The notes: generated by a model from the sequence alone, not told the origin. A stretch of 64,000 nt of DNA from Nitrospinaceae bacterium (GCA_965223665.1 OZ245011.1:736001-800000), one strand, 5' to 3'. Positions 28,880 through 39,302 are shown, counted from the first letter of the stretch. Numbers and translations: made by a program.

Positions 28880-28956
28880 TGGTGGCGGTGCAGGGACTTG
28901 AACCCCGGACTCTACGGATATGAGCCGTATGCTCTAACCAGCTGAGCTACACCGCC
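28880..28956 (-). tRNA. tRNA-Met (CAT), elongator type
   Basis: GGCGGTGTAGCTCAGCTGGTTAGAGCATACGGCTCATATCCGTAGAGTCCGGGGTTCAAGTCCCTGCACCGCCACCA; full cloverleaf, paired 1:72, encoded CCA. Confidence 0.95.
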
Positions 28957-28983
28957 TTATTTTATAATCATTTGTATTTGGAA

Positions 28984-29012
28984 AGTTTACTTGGAAGCTT
29001 TAAGACTGTCAA
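28984..29012 (-). promoter_or_regulatory. sigma70 promoter of tRNA-Met
   Basis: TTGACA (29012-29007) N17 TAAACT (28989-28984). Confidence 0.75.
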
Positions 29013-29040
29013 TCATTCTCTGCAGGTCAAATCTGGAAAC

Positions 29041-30399
29041 TTAAAATTTCCCCTTCCAACGCCGGACATCCTTTAAATATTTTTCCCGATCCATGTCTCG
29101 ATCCGATGGAAATAACTCCATTAAAGGTTGTGGATACTTTTTATCCTGTGGAAAAAATTCAAATTTTCCCTGGTCCACACGGTATATATTATGAAAAGTC
29201 CTGTATTGCCCAGAGGCCCCCACAAAGTCCCAATTCGTTGTTCCCTTAATCAGTCCGTATAATTCTGAGCAACTTATTCCCTCGTAAAGATTCACTCTCC
29301 CAAAATAACCTTTCTTCACGGTTGCAGAATTTGAAAAGTCTATACTCCAGATATCAGACTGATCTTCACCAAACACTTCAAGGCGGTACCCTAAACTCCA
29401 ATGAGTCCAGGCATTCATCATCTCTAATTTACTCAGGCGCTCTCCCAATTCTTCCTCAATAAATTGAGTCACCACCTTGCTTTCTTCAAGTTGCTGGTCT
29501 TTGTTTTCAGTTAAGGTACATATTTTTGGAACTTCGTATAAAGGATTAAAAGCTGTATCATAAATACTTGATTTTTCTAATTTAATTAATTCTGTGGCTC
29601 CCTGGTGAATTGTAGTCCCTGTAGGACTGATTTCCGCTACATCTCCCGGTTGAAAAACACTGGATTTTATATTTGGAGCAAAGTCCTGGAGGTCCATTAA
29701 AAATTGGTCCTGGGTAGTGGGAAAAACATAGTGATTTAAAAATTCGAAAGGTTTTACATAATGCTCTCCAGCAGAACCTGGAACTGCAAACTTTGGGTTT
29801 AAAGCCCCTGCAACTTTTAAGAAGGAACTGTATTCTTCAAAAGGCAAAATACTTGCCTTATGGAATGTGAAATTTTGTTCAAGGAGTGGTTGGAATCGAA
29901 CATGAGCAAAATCCACTTGCCCACAAATTCGATTTATATAATTTATAATATCCGGTGAAACTATCGTATCCACTTGGTTCCAAACATTCACTTCTCCATC
30001 TCTAATTATCAGACCATGTTCAGGGTAATAATCCTGTGTTAAAGAAGGAGTAGGAATTAATTCAAGGTCCTTTACCCGAATGGGTTCAAAATTATCAACA
30101 ATAGTGACATCTGTATATTCAAGTTCTTTTAGACATTCGATAATTACCGGGTCATTGGGGCACAGAGTTTTCAAGTCTTTGGGAAGATAGGCCAGTGTTC
30201 TTATATCAAAATGATCTTGATGACGATGAGAAATGTATAAAACATCAATGGGCGGAAATTTATCCCGCTGAATATCTACTTTGGGAAAATATCGATTAAG
30301 CTCTTCAAAATGAATGTCAAACAAGCATGGATCCGATAGCAGGGTTGTATCTTTGGATTGGATTAATAGACATGCATGTCCGATAAGAGTCGTTTTCAT
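29041..30399 (-). CDS. metallo-beta-lactamase-fold hydrolase (UlaG/CMP-Neu5Ac hydroxylase-like)
   Basis: GHAC, SDP, ISHRHQDHFD (HxHxDH). Confidence 0.85.
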   Translation of the reverse strand: MKTTLIGHACLLIQSKDTTLLSDPCLFDIHFEELNRYFPKVDIQRDKFPPIDVLYISHRHQDHFDIRTLAYLPKDLKTLCPNDPVIIECLKELEYTDVTIVDNFEPIRVKDLELIPTPSLTQDYYPEHGLIIRDGEVNVWNQVDTIVSPDIINYINRICGQVDFAHVRFQPLLEQNFTFHKASILPFEEYSSFLKVAGALNPKFAVPGSAGEHYVKPFEFLNHYVFPTTQDQFLMDLQDFAPNIKSSVFQPGDVAEISPTGTTIHQGATELIKLEKSSIYDTAFNPLYEVPKICTLTENKDQQLEESKVVTQFIEEELGERLSKLEMMNAWTHWSLGYRLEVFGEDQSDIWSIDFSNSATVKKGYFGRVNLYEGISCSELYGLIKGTTNWDFVGASGQYRTFHNIYRVDQGKFEFFPQDKKYPQPLMELFPSDRDMDREKYLKDVRRWKGKF

Positions 30400-30606
30400 A
30401 AAATTAAACCATTTTCCTCAAACCAGGTCCTAAGTGAACAATATTAGAAATTTTATTTTTTTTCATGGGATTAAAAGTGCGCTAGCATACCGGATCACAG
30501 GAAATTCCACAAGGCCTATTCCCTTTGGTTGTTTATTGTTGACAATAATCGAAAGGTTTCCCAAAATATTCCCCAAAAAATAAATATTTTCTCAATAAAG
30601 GACAGT

Positions 30607-31146
30607 ATGGAAAATCAAGAGATACGTTTTGAAGAAGGTCAGCCGTGTCCAGTTAAAGTAGAAGGAACCGGAGGAGGTCTCTCCTTTTCACCAAACGGCG
30701 ATATGTTATTAATTGGTTCAGTGCCTAGCCCTTCCCAGCATCAAATAGAAGCCTGGGACGGGAAATGGCGTGCGAAATTAGTCTCTGAATCAGAGTTTCC
30801 CTCGATACCGATTTTTGCGATAGGGAGTGAAGATTGGATTTTAGAGACACCCTGTAATCCTTACCAACAAGAAAAAGAGTCCCCAGGATTTTGTGAGGCT
30901 TTGTTTGCTAAAGAAGATTACAACATGGTGGCAATCCTGGTTGATTCCGATACGAACATCGTAAAAAAAATCAAACATGTGGAATTGGATGAGATGTTTA
31001 TCGAGCGACTTGTGTTGTCCTGGAATCCTTTCCGCCAGGAAGCTAACGATTATAATAAATCGTTTTCCCAGGAAGAGTTTGCAAAGCGTGTGGGCGAAAT
31101 CTTCAAAATGCGTAAGTCTGAAGAGTTATGGATTTCGTCTTGGTAA
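30607..31146 (+). CDS. hypothetical protein
   Basis: ATG at 30607 with SD aagga (the ORF track extends it to 30529). Confidence 0.75.
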   Translation: MENQEIRFEEGQPCPVKVEGTGGGLSFSPNGDMLLIGSVPSPSQHQIEAWDGKWRAKLVSESEFPSIPIFAIGSEDWILETPCNPYQQEKESPGFCEALFAKEDYNMVAILVDSDTNIVKKIKHVELDEMFIERLVLSWNPFRQEANDYNKSFSQEEFAKRVGEIFKMRKSEELWISSW

Positions 31147-31292
31147 GCAAAATTCAGAAAATATTTTTCAGTTATTTTATTCTACCTTCATCGATTTCTA
31201 TGAAATCACAAATCGAACTTTCGTGGGGAATATACTATGCCAGATAATGTTTCATAAGGGCTATTGGAAAATTTCATTTATCTTTAAGAGTT

Positions 31293-32492
31293 CTATTTCG
31301 TATACTCATCGTCATCATCAATAATTTCCTCTTCTTCATCCTCATCCTCAACTTCCACATCTTCAAATTCCTCTTCCTCTTCCTCTTCCAACTCTTCCTC
31401 TTCTTCTTCACGCTCAAGCACAGGGTATTCCAGGTTTTCCATGAATTCGGATTCCTTCAAAGCTTCTAGTGCTTCTTCATCATATTCGTTTCCATCAAGA
31501 TAGAGTCGTTCCAAATTAGACATATGCTCTGAATCGGCTACTGCAATGATTCCTTCGTTGGTTATTTCATTGTTTTCCACCATCAAGCTTTCTAAATTTG
31601 AAAAATGTGGGGAATTTGCAATTATTTGTAGCCCCTCATTTCCAATTTGATTACGATCCAGAGAAAGTAATACCAAGTTCTTAAATATCTCAGATTCTGC
31701 AATATATTTTATGCCGGCGGATGTGAAATTATTTAGCTCCAAGTAAAGTTTTTTCAAATTGGACAAACCCTGGTATTCAGAAATGATTTTTGCTTCCACA
31801 TCACCCATATCCAAATTACTAAGATCAAGAGTTTCACCATCTTCACTAAGCCGTTTTCTGATACGATTAAGAATTAAAAGTTTAGAAATTGCTGCTTTAC
31901 CTTCATCCGTTAAGGGGTTTTGTGTAAGATCAATCCGAGTCAAATTTACAAAGTTTTCGCTTTCTGCTAAAGCTTTTGCCCCTTCATCGGTAATACCATT
32001 TTTTTTCAATTCTATTGTTTCAAGTTTGGATAAATTTGGGGAGTTTACTAAATGTTTTAAACCTTCATCTCCAATTTGATTTTCTGAAAGTACAAGACTT
32101 GTAAGTCCTGACAAAGTTTTAGAATCTGCAATGAACTTTGCGCCTTGGGGAGAAATTTCATTCCATGCAAGCCTTAATGATTTTAATTGGGTAAGGGTTT
32201 CCGAATCAGCAATACACTTAACTCCTTCATCCCCAATCTTATTTTTATAAAGTTTAATATATTGCAAATTAGCCAATGTTCTGGATTCAGCAATAGCTTT
32301 GGCACTTTCAACGGTAAGTTTTTGCCCGGGAATTATTAATCTGCGAAGCTGCTTAACAGACCTGGATTTTGCTAAAGCCGCAACACCAGGATCACCAAGT
32401 TTTGTGAAATTAAAATCCAGTGTTTCATAGTTACGACTGAGCTTAAATCCGTTTCGAATGATTCCTTCAATATTGTAAAACTTTTTGGTCAT
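31293..32492 (-). CDS. leucine-rich repeat protein (RI-like, about 28-aa period) with acidic tail
   Basis: LxxLxLxxNxIGDEGxxxIA repeats; poly-E/D C-terminus. Confidence 0.9.
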   Translation of the reverse strand: MTKKFYNIEGIIRNGFKLSRNYETLDFNFTKLGDPGVAALAKSRSVKQLRRLIIPGQKLTVESAKAIAESRTLANLQYIKLYKNKIGDEGVKCIADSETLTQLKSLRLAWNEISPQGAKFIADSKTLSGLTSLVLSENQIGDEGLKHLVNSPNLSKLETIELKKNGITDEGAKALAESENFVNLTRIDLTQNPLTDEGKAAISKLLILNRIRKRLSEDGETLDLSNLDMGDVEAKIISEYQGLSNLKKLYLELNNFTSAGIKYIAESEIFKNLVLLSLDRNQIGNEGLQIIANSPHFSNLESLMVENNEITNEGIIAVADSEHMSNLERLYLDGNEYDEEALEALKESEFMENLEYPVLEREEEEEELEEEEEEEFEDVEVEDEDEEEEIIDDDDEYTK

Positions 32493-32552
32493 CCCATTTT
32501 ACCTTTTAGATGTTTGATGAATTAAAATTGTATGCAGACTATTTCCTATTCT

Positions 32553-33314
32553 TCACAATACTTTTGAAAAGAACAAATGCAAACAGGAGAAGTATCCATT
32601 ATTTGGAGCCATCATAATGTCATTGTGCCCTACCCCCTCTAAAATTTGCAAAGCCTTTTCTTTCGATCCAGCTTTTTCATAATTCAATTTTGCCTCCATA
32701 GGATAAATTAATACATCATCTTCACCATGCATAATTAATAAAGGGCATTTTACTTTCTGTATTTTTTGACTATTGTTAAATAGTGCATCTTCTTCCGGAG
32801 TGGTTTTTTCAATTTTCAGTCCTCTTCTTTCTACTAAAGGGATAGGATCCGCATATCCACTTTCTATGACACAACAATTAATTTTAGGATAATTGGAACA
32901 TAATTCTATGGCCGAAGCGCTACCCAAGGATCTACCCATAACGCAAATCATATCTAACATTTTTTCATGATCCACCAGGTGTTGATATATTTTATGAGCA
33001 TCCTTTAAAACATTCCTTAAAGTGGGAAACCCTGTACTAAGACCATATCCTCTATAATCACAAACAATCAGCTCTGCCCCCAAATGAGCAAAAATTGGAG
33101 CTAATTCATTATAATCTGAAACAATTTCCCCATTTCCGTGAAAATACAATAGAGTAAACTTGGACTCGGGATTTAGATATCTACGAATGTGCACTTTCAC
33201 TCCAGGTTCAACCTCGATTTGCATTTCATCTGAATTTGGAGGTACGGGTAGGCCATCACGACGTGGAAAAAAAAGATTCTGATTGAATTGTGGTGAATCA
33301 AAGATCGAGGCCAT
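32553..33314 (-). CDS. alpha/beta hydrolase (ABHD13/17-like)
   Basis: YFHGNGE, DYRGYG, GRSLG nucleophile elbow, HGEDD, GHND. Confidence 0.9.
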   Translation of the reverse strand: MASIFDSPQFNQNLFFPRRDGLPVPPNSDEMQIEVEPGVKVHIRRYLNPESKFTLLYFHGNGEIVSDYNELAPIFAHLGAELIVCDYRGYGLSTGFPTLRNVLKDAHKIYQHLVDHEKMLDMICVMGRSLGSASAIELCSNYPKINCCVIESGYADPIPLVERRGLKIEKTTPEEDALFNNSQKIQKVKCPLLIMHGEDDVLIYPMEAKLNYEKAGSKEKALQILEGVGHNDIMMAPNNGYFSCLHLFFSKVL

Positions 33315-33547
33315 TTTTATCCTTCCTGAGGAAATTTCACATTAATTAATCCTGAAAACAAGTTGAATTAATATAAGGGCATTATGATTTTATGTCCAAG
33401 TAATATATTGAATTTTTTAGAAAACCATGGCAGAATACCCGACTCTATTCTAGGTATTTCCTGCCCTTATTTAACCATTTCCCTAGGTATTTTTAATGGT
33501 TGTGAGGGAAATTATATAACATTTATTTGATATTAAAGGAGTGGTCA

Positions 33548-35806
33548 ATGTTATTGGATCCTGCACCTATCGAGAAGCATTTCCAATCAATGGGTGAAAT
33601 TTTAGACAAAGCTCGGAATCAATTAGGCCGAGGCTTAACAATTGTAGAAAAAATTCTATTTTCCCACATGGATCCCAATACAGATTTTTCAAAATTGGTA
33701 CGTGGGGATTCAAACATCTTTTTAAATGCGGACCGAGTGGCGATGCAAGACGCAACGGCTCAAATGGCAATTTTACAATTCATGTCCGCACAGATGCCAA
33801 AGGTAGCTGTTCCAACCACCGTTCACTGTGATCATTTAATACAAGCATATGTTGGTTCAGAGAAAGATCTTGCTGCTGGAATCGAAACCAATAAAGAGGT
33901 TTATGATTTTCTAGAATCAGCGGCTATGAAATATGGAATGGGGTTTTGGAAACCAGGTTCAGGAATAATTCATCAGGTAGTTTATGAAAATTATGCCTGT
34001 CCAGGAACTTTAATGATAGGAACTGATTCCCACACACCAAATGCAGGAGGAATGGGAACCATTGCTATTGGTGTCGGTGGGGCTGATGCTGTTGATGTTA
34101 TGACAGGGCAACCATTCATGACAAAAATGCCCAAATTAGTGGGTATCAAACTTACCGGTTCCCTTAATGGCTGGACCGCCTCTAAAGATATTATTTTAAA
34201 AGTAGCCACTATGCTAACGGCTAAGGGTGGAACTGGGAAAATAGTAAATTATTTTGGTGATGGTGCCAATTCCTTGAGTGCGACAGGAAAAGGCACGGTA
34301 ACTAATATGGGTGCTGAAATTGGGGCCACTACATCTATTTTTGAGTATGACGATAGTTTGGATGTATATTTACGAAAGACAGAAAGAGACGCCATTGCTG
34401 ACTTATGTAAAAAATATAGCGAACATCTGGTTTCTGATCCTGAAGTGGGTGCTGATCCTCAAAAATACTATGATGAAGTCTATGAAATTGATCTCAATAC
34501 ACTTGAGCCACATATTGTTGGTCCACATAGTCCAGATCTAGGACGGACTTTATCTCAGATGTCTGCAGATGTGGATGCAAATGGTTATCCCGAGAAATTG
34601 TCTGCAGCACTCATAGGTTCTTGTACCAATTCAAGTTACGAAGATTTAACTCGTGCCGTAAGTTTAGTAAGGCAAGCAAAAAAGGCAGGTTTGAAAGTTA
34701 AATCTAATTTCTTGGTCACCCCAGGGTCTGAAAGAATTTTTCAAACCATCACCAGAGACGGAATTTTACAAGAATTCCAGGATGTAGGTGGTACAGTTTT
34801 AGCCAACGCTTGTGGCCCTTGTATCGGACAATGGAAACGGGATGATATTCAAAAAGGTGATAAAAACAGCATTATAAGTTCTTACAATCGTAACTTTGCT
34901 AAAAGAAATGATGGCAACCCAGAAACGTTGAGTTTCATCAGTAGTCCTGAGGTGGTCGTTGGAATGGCTTTTGGTGGAAGTATGAAGTTTAATCCTATGA
35001 CAGATAGTTTAAAGGATGCTAGCGGTAACGACTTCAAATTTGAGCCACCAGCGGGAGATATATTTCCTGATTCTGGTTATGCCACAAAAGATAGTGGTTA
35101 CTTGGCTCCAACAATGTCGGGAGAAGTTGTTATTAATCCTAGTAGCGAACGGTTGGCTTTCTTGGATCCATTTCCTAAGCAAAATATTTCTACGGATTAT
35201 CAGGATCTTAAATTATTGTTTAAGGCTGCCGGCAAATGTACGACTGATCACATTTCTCAAGCGGGTCCATGGTTAAAATTTAGAGGTCATCTTGATAATA
35301 TTAGTAACAATATGTTTCTTGGAGCCACAAATTCTTTTCATGATGAAACGGGAAAAGGCAATAACCTTCTGACTGGTGAATCAGATGAATTGAATAAAAT
35401 TGCCCGTCACTACAAAGATAATAATGTGGGTTGGGTTGTTGTGGCTGATGAGAATATTGGGGAAGGTTCTAGTCGGGAACACGCTGCTATGGAACCTCGT
35501 CATATGGGTGGTCGTGCATTTGTTGCAAAATCTTATGCTCGAATTTTTGAAGCAAATCTTAAAAAACAGGGAATTCTTCCTTTTACTTTTTCTAACAAAG
35601 ATGACTACGAAAAAGTTCAACAAAAAGATTCCATTACCTTTGAAAATATTGAGCAAATAAAGCCCGGTCAGCCTGTTACTATGACCTTAAAACATGAGGA
35701 CGGATCATCTGATCAAATTCAGCTTAACCACACACTTAATGAAAAAGAATTACAGTGGTTTTTTGCTGGTTCCGCTTTGAATTTTGTAGGTAGTCAAAAA
35801 AGCTAG
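33548..35806 (+). CDS. acn: aconitate hydratase (mitochondrial-type)
   Basis: DRVAMQDATAQMA, HCDH, GTDSHTPN, IGSCTNSSYED, ANACGPCIGQW, GEGSSREHAA; ATG 33548 has SD aaggag. Confidence 0.96.
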   Translation: MLLDPAPIEKHFQSMGEILDKARNQLGRGLTIVEKILFSHMDPNTDFSKLVRGDSNIFLNADRVAMQDATAQMAILQFMSAQMPKVAVPTTVHCDHLIQAYVGSEKDLAAGIETNKEVYDFLESAAMKYGMGFWKPGSGIIHQVVYENYACPGTLMIGTDSHTPNAGGMGTIAIGVGGADAVDVMTGQPFMTKMPKLVGIKLTGSLNGWTASKDIILKVATMLTAKGGTGKIVNYFGDGANSLSATGKGTVTNMGAEIGATTSIFEYDDSLDVYLRKTERDAIADLCKKYSEHLVSDPEVGADPQKYYDEVYEIDLNTLEPHIVGPHSPDLGRTLSQMSADVDANGYPEKLSAALIGSCTNSSYEDLTRAVSLVRQAKKAGLKVKSNFLVTPGSERIFQTITRDGILQEFQDVGGTVLANACGPCIGQWKRDDIQKGDKNSIISSYNRNFAKRNDGNPETLSFISSPEVVVGMAFGGSMKFNPMTDSLKDASGNDFKFEPPAGDIFPDSGYATKDSGYLAPTMSGEVVINPSSERLAFLDPFPKQNISTDYQDLKLLFKAAGKCTTDHISQAGPWLKFRGHLDNISNNMFLGATNSFHDETGKGNNLLTGESDELNKIARHYKDNNVGWVVVADENIGEGSSREHAAMEPRHMGGRAFVAKSYARIFEANLKKQGILPFTFSNKDDYEKVQQKDSITFENIEQIKPGQPVTMTLKHEDGSSDQIQLNHTLNEKELQWFFAGSALNFVGSQKS

Positions 35807-35833
35807 AATTTATCTTTGTATTAATAAAACATT

Positions 35834-35868
35834 CAACCCGGATTTTTTTAAATCCGGGTTGTTTTTTT
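35834..35868 (+). terminator. intrinsic terminator after aconitase
   Basis: caacccggattt-tttt-aaatccgggttg plus T7. Confidence 0.85.
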
Positions 35869-36055
35869 ATTCCCCTTCCCAAAGACTTCTAAATTTCAGC
35901 TCCTCTTCTAGAAAAGATAATTTTTGTTGAATGGTTTGACATTTCGGGCTTGATTCTCCCTCCTGTCCTTTTCTTGCCTCTAGAAGCTTAAACGTCTCTT
36001 CGTAAAGAGCGAGCAATTCTTCATCATCCAAATTTTCAACATTCAGATTGCTCAT
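35867..36055 (-). CDS. small helical hypothetical protein
   Basis: 62 aa, SD ggag upstream. Confidence 0.6.
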   Translation of the reverse strand: MSNLNVENLDDEELLALYEETFKLLEARKGQEGESSPKCQTIQQKLSFLEEELKFRSLWEGE

Positions 36056-36320
36056 AAAAAAGAACTCCCAAAAAGAAAACTATCCAATGGCAATAGGTAT
36101 AATTCTAACCCTAATGCCTATTTACAATTTATAGATTGGAAGCACAAATCCAACCTTTTTTCTTTCCATTTCTCCAAGAAACCTTATACCAGTTTCCCTT
36201 TGATTGTAAAACCCTAACTTTAGTACCTCGATTTAATCGATTACAAATCTCCCCATTTATTTTTAAATGAATTTGAAAGGATTTTTCCAAAATTAATCGG
36301 TCTTCCATTGGTTTAAATAA

Positions 36321-37400
36321 TTATTTGATTTTTTCAGGCTTTAATTTTAAAGTCTTATTCTTTTCATAATTTCCCAAGCGAACGATTTTAAGTAATTGCC
36401 CGGGGGTTAATGAGTTCCGAACTTTCATCCCATTTAAAACTGCTATTTCTAAATCCTTTGTTTCATCGTTTAATTCCTGAATAGCTACGCTTGTAAATGT
36501 ATCACCAGGTTTAACTTCATAAATATCAATAAACTTTTCCTTATATTGTTTGCGGTCGCCCTTATGTCTTTTACCTCCAAATGTCATTCCTCTAATGCTT
36601 TTAATATAGTTAGAACGATTCTCCAACAATTTGCCATGCTCTCTATTGTTGACCGTTTGAGCCAACGTTCCTGATTTAACAATTCTATCTTTGGTATCCG
36701 GATGAGTGGCTTGAAAACTATGATAGGCCTGACCACTCATAATTTCATGTTGTCTCAGATTTCCTAAAAAAGCCACAATCCCTTTTGGGTCATATCCACT
36801 TTCATAAGCGGTTAAAATCCCATGAGCATCGGATTCTAGCTCAGCGTCTCTCCCATAACCCATATTAATGGTGTTAAACAGTTGAGTACTCACCAAAAGC
36901 CAATCTCCAGCATTTTTGGGACTGGCAATAGCCCCACCCAAAGCAAGAATTTGAGCTCCTATAGAACGTACGATATGTTTTGCGGCATGATGAAGTGTCA
37001 CATGTCCAATTTCATGGCCTAAAACTCCAGCCAATTCTGCTTCACTATTTAGGGTAGCCAACAAACCCCGGGTCACATAAATATAACCTCCTGGCAGCGC
37101 AAAAGCATTAATATCGGAACTGTCTACTACCTTAAAAAAATAATTATTAAATTCTTTATTGGATAAATTAGATATTAATTTTTGTCCAATTCGATTTACA
37201 TAAAGTTGAAGAGGTTTATTTTGATAAAGTCCAAACTGTTGAATCACTTCTTTATCTCCACCTCTTCCCATAGAAAGTTCTGTTTCTTTATCAAAAAAAG
37301 GAACACTGAAAGCAACGGAAACTGAAAATATGAAAAAATAGGAGGGTATAGCCAGGATAATTAAAAAACCATTAAAATTCTTAGTTTTAAGAAAGCACAT
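36321..37400 (-). CDS. M48 family metalloprotease with C-terminal LysM-like domain
   Basis: NAFALPGG, HEIGH, ELESD, THP; YEVKPGDT...LTPGQLLKI. Confidence 0.9.
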   Translation of the reverse strand: MCFLKTKNFNGFLIILAIPSYFFIFSVSVAFSVPFFDKETELSMGRGGDKEVIQQFGLYQNKPLQLYVNRIGQKLISNLSNKEFNNYFFKVVDSSDINAFALPGGYIYVTRGLLATLNSEAELAGVLGHEIGHVTLHHAAKHIVRSIGAQILALGGAIASPKNAGDWLLVSTQLFNTINMGYGRDAELESDAHGILTAYESGYDPKGIVAFLGNLRQHEIMSGQAYHSFQATHPDTKDRIVKSGTLAQTVNNREHGKLLENRSNYIKSIRGMTFGGKRHKGDRKQYKEKFIDIYEVKPGDTFTSVAIQELNDETKDLEIAVLNGMKVRNSLTPGQLLKIVRLGNYEKNKTLKLKPEKIK

Positions 37401-37412
37401 AAAAAGAGACCT

Positions 37413-38099
37413 TCATCCAATAGACCCCTCTAAGCGTTTTAAAAGTGTATCTACCTTTTCAAGGCCTACGTGGTCGGTATATTTATTTTTCATTTCGCGA
37501 AGAATTAAAACAGAATTTTTAGAATCTCCGGCCAACTCATAACATCGAGCCAAGCCAAGATAAACATAAAATAACGGAAACTTTGAGGGTTTGTCTATTA
37601 AGCCTTTAAAAACTCCAATTGCTTCTTTATACTTTTTTTGACCTTCCAATGCGTGGCCTTTTCCATTCTGAGCTAAAAAATAATCTAATTTATTCGCTGA
37701 GGTATTGCTTAGAATGTCAGAATACATTGAAATCGCTTCATCGTATTTTTTATTTTGATAATAGACATCCGCTAAAATTAGGGCAGCTCTTTGTCTTTGA
37801 TCTCCCTTATCAAACTCATTAAATTTTTCTTTTAATTTTTGAATCAGTTCGTCCGGTTGGCCTTTGCTTTTTTCACGAAGCTGATCCATTTCATAAAAAA
37901 GAGATTCCATACGCAAATTATTGGATTTTTGTTTTTCTAAAAAATACCAGGCTCCTGCCAGAGCAATTAAAATTAAAAAACAGATAGTTGCTATAATATT
38001 TTTATTTCTGTTTACAAGTTCTATAACTTTTGCACTAAGGACTTGAAACTGATCAGGTTCTTTAAGTTCTTTTCTATCTAATTTTGGGGTGGTAGTCAT
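37413..38099 (-). CDS. membrane-anchored TPR protein (YfgM-like)
   Basis: ELKEPDQF N-terminus, TM helix, TPR repeats. Confidence 0.8.
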   Translation of the reverse strand: MTTTPKLDRKELKEPDQFQVLSAKVIELVNRNKNIIATICFLILIALAGAWYFLEKQKSNNLRMESLFYEMDQLREKSKGQPDELIQKLKEKFNEFDKGDQRQRAALILADVYYQNKKYDEAISMYSDILSNTSANKLDYFLAQNGKGHALEGQKKYKEAIGVFKGLIDKPSKFPLFYVYLGLARCYELAGDSKNSVLILREMKNKYTDHVGLEKVDTLLKRLEGSIG

Positions 38100-38276
38100 T
38101 TAATTTAATGGTATAAAGTTTTAGAAAAAATGAAGTGAATTAATTAATTTAATCATAAAGATATATTTGGTACAAGCTCAATTTAATTTTTAAATTTCGC
38201 GGATACATTATAGTTTATACTAGGGTATTTGCAGCCAAAATTAACTGCTCATTTATTTATTTTCAAGTTATTTCGT

Positions 38277-39302
38277 ATGAATTCAAAAAGAAAAATTGGA
38301 ATTATTGGTGCTGGTAGCTGGGGAACTGCCCTGTCGTTGGTACTGGCAAATAATGGGTATGAAATGGATCTTTGGATTTATGAAAAAGACCTTTTTGAAA
38401 TTATTAAAAACAAAAGAGAAAACCAATTTTTCTTGCCAGGATTTAAAATTCCCGAGTCAATCAATCCTGTTAATTCAATAAAGGAAGCAACAATTGATAA
38501 AGAAATACTGCTTATTGTGGTGCCAACCTCCGTAATACGTTCAGTTTTAGAACAATTAAATTCTTTTCTAAATCCAAATTGTTTAATTATTAATGCTGGG
38601 AAGGGAATTGAAAATAATTCATTGCTCACAATTCATCAAATAATAAAAGAATTTACTCAGTCTAGGCATTCCATTGCAACTCTTTCGGGCCCTACTTTTG
38701 CTGTTGAAATCGCAAAACAAGTTCCATCAGCAATTGTTGCATCCTCACAAAATAATAATACTGCAATTAAGGTCCAGAATTTATTCTCAAATTCAAATTT
38801 TAAAGTATTTACATCTACCGATTTAATTGGTGTGGAATTGGGAGGTGCATTAAAAAATGTAATTGCGATTGCAACGGGTATATCGGATGGTCTTAATTTA
38901 GGATTTAATACAAGGGCGGCCCTAATTACTAGAGGATTAGTGGAAATCACTCGAATAGGAACGGCATTAGGTGCTAAACCAGAAACCTTCTCAGGCCTGT
39001 CGGGAATGGGGGATTTAGTTTTAACATGCACAGGAGATTTAAGTCGAAATCGAAGGGTCGGATTGAAGTTAGCCGAGGGATTTAAAACTGATGAAATTGT
39101 TAAAAATATGAAAATGGTTGCCGAAGGTGTCAAAACTGCAATTTCCGCTTTTGCTTTAAAAGAAAAATTAGGGATTCAAGCCTCTATCATTGAAGAAACC
39201 TATAGAGTGATCCATGAAAACAAATCTCCTTTAAAGGCTTTACAGGATATAATGAATGTTCCAATCACAACAGAGTTTTCAGGAGTTAAGGGGCTAGAAT
39301 GA
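38277..39302 (+). CDS. gpsA: NAD(P)H-dependent glycerol-3-phosphate dehydrogenase
   Basis: GAGSWGTAL, SGPTFA.E, ELGGALKNVIAIA, GDLVLTCTGDLSRNR. Confidence 0.97.
   Translation: MNSKRKIGIIGAGSWGTALSLVLANNGYEMDLWIYEKDLFEIIKNKRENQFFLPGFKIPESINPVNSIKEATIDKEILLIVVPTSVIRSVLEQLNSFLNPNCLIINAGKGIENNSLLTIHQIIKEFTQSRHSIATLSGPTFAVEIAKQVPSAIVASSQNNNTAIKVQNLFSNSNFKVFTSTDLIGVELGGALKNVIAIATGISDGLNLGFNTRAALITRGLVEITRIGTALGAKPETFSGLSGMGDLVLTCTGDLSRNRRVGLKLAEGFKTDEIVKNMKMVAEGVKTAISAFALKEKLGIQASIIEETYRVIHENKSPLKALQDIMNVPITTEFSGVKGLE

Noticed and set aside
28880..28956. tRNA(CAT) as initiator or Ile2
   Set aside because: G1-C72 is paired and there are no three G-C pairs in the anticodon stem, so not initiator; sequence resembles elongator Met, though Ile2 cannot be fully excluded without tRNAscan-SE
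31305..31412. tcttcc/tcctc low-complexity repeats here and at 63660-63770
   Set aside because: They encode poly-Glu/Asp tails; not CRISPR or a VNTR
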